NCBI GenBank assembly: GCA_013239625.1
Contig: MU053557.1
Coordinates: 441,063 to 505,062 of the forward strand
DNA: 64,000 nucleotides
Reading direction: 5' to 3'
Origin: Lama guanicoe
Taxonomy: Eukaryota
Shown: piece after piece, positions 63,983 through 64,000 of the stretch
Layout: every line of letters begins with the position of its first letter
Position numbering within the stretch: the first letter of the stretch is position 1
Notes under the pieces: generated by a model
The model's database searches: none
Told to the model about the DNA's origin: nothing
Seen by the model: only the letters and a program-made list of their open reading frames with translations
Program-made: the position numbers and the translations under genes

Positions 63983-64000
63983 AATTCTTAATGGTAAAAA

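Overview
This is placental-mammal genomic DNA, intergenic or deep intronic. I found no recognisable host protein-coding exon, RNA gene or CRISPR array. The L1 3' UTRs look cetartiodactyl-like and no Alu, Bov-tA, PRE-1 or CAN-SINE was seen, which suggests a camelid-like genome (inference). The window is a mosaic of ancient repeats (MIR, L2, L3/CR1, MLT/MER21/LTR16/LTR33 LTRs, hAT transposons), younger L1 insertions, and unique stretches that look like conserved enhancers. The most notable element is at 58347-60232: a class I ERV segment (integrase, non-coding spacer, polypurine tract, MER41-like LTR) cut just after its poly(A) signal, A-tailed and flanked by a ~10-bp TSD. This is the anatomy of an ERV mRNA retroposed by L1 machinery. 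Other highlights are a twin-primed inverted L1, an unidentified ~270-bp retroposed insert inside an L2, an apparently internally primed L1 fragment, a near-perfect 143-bp tandem duplication, and a CpG-rich promoter-like motif cluster inside an L2. Repeat subfamily names come from recalled consensus similarity, not from a database search.
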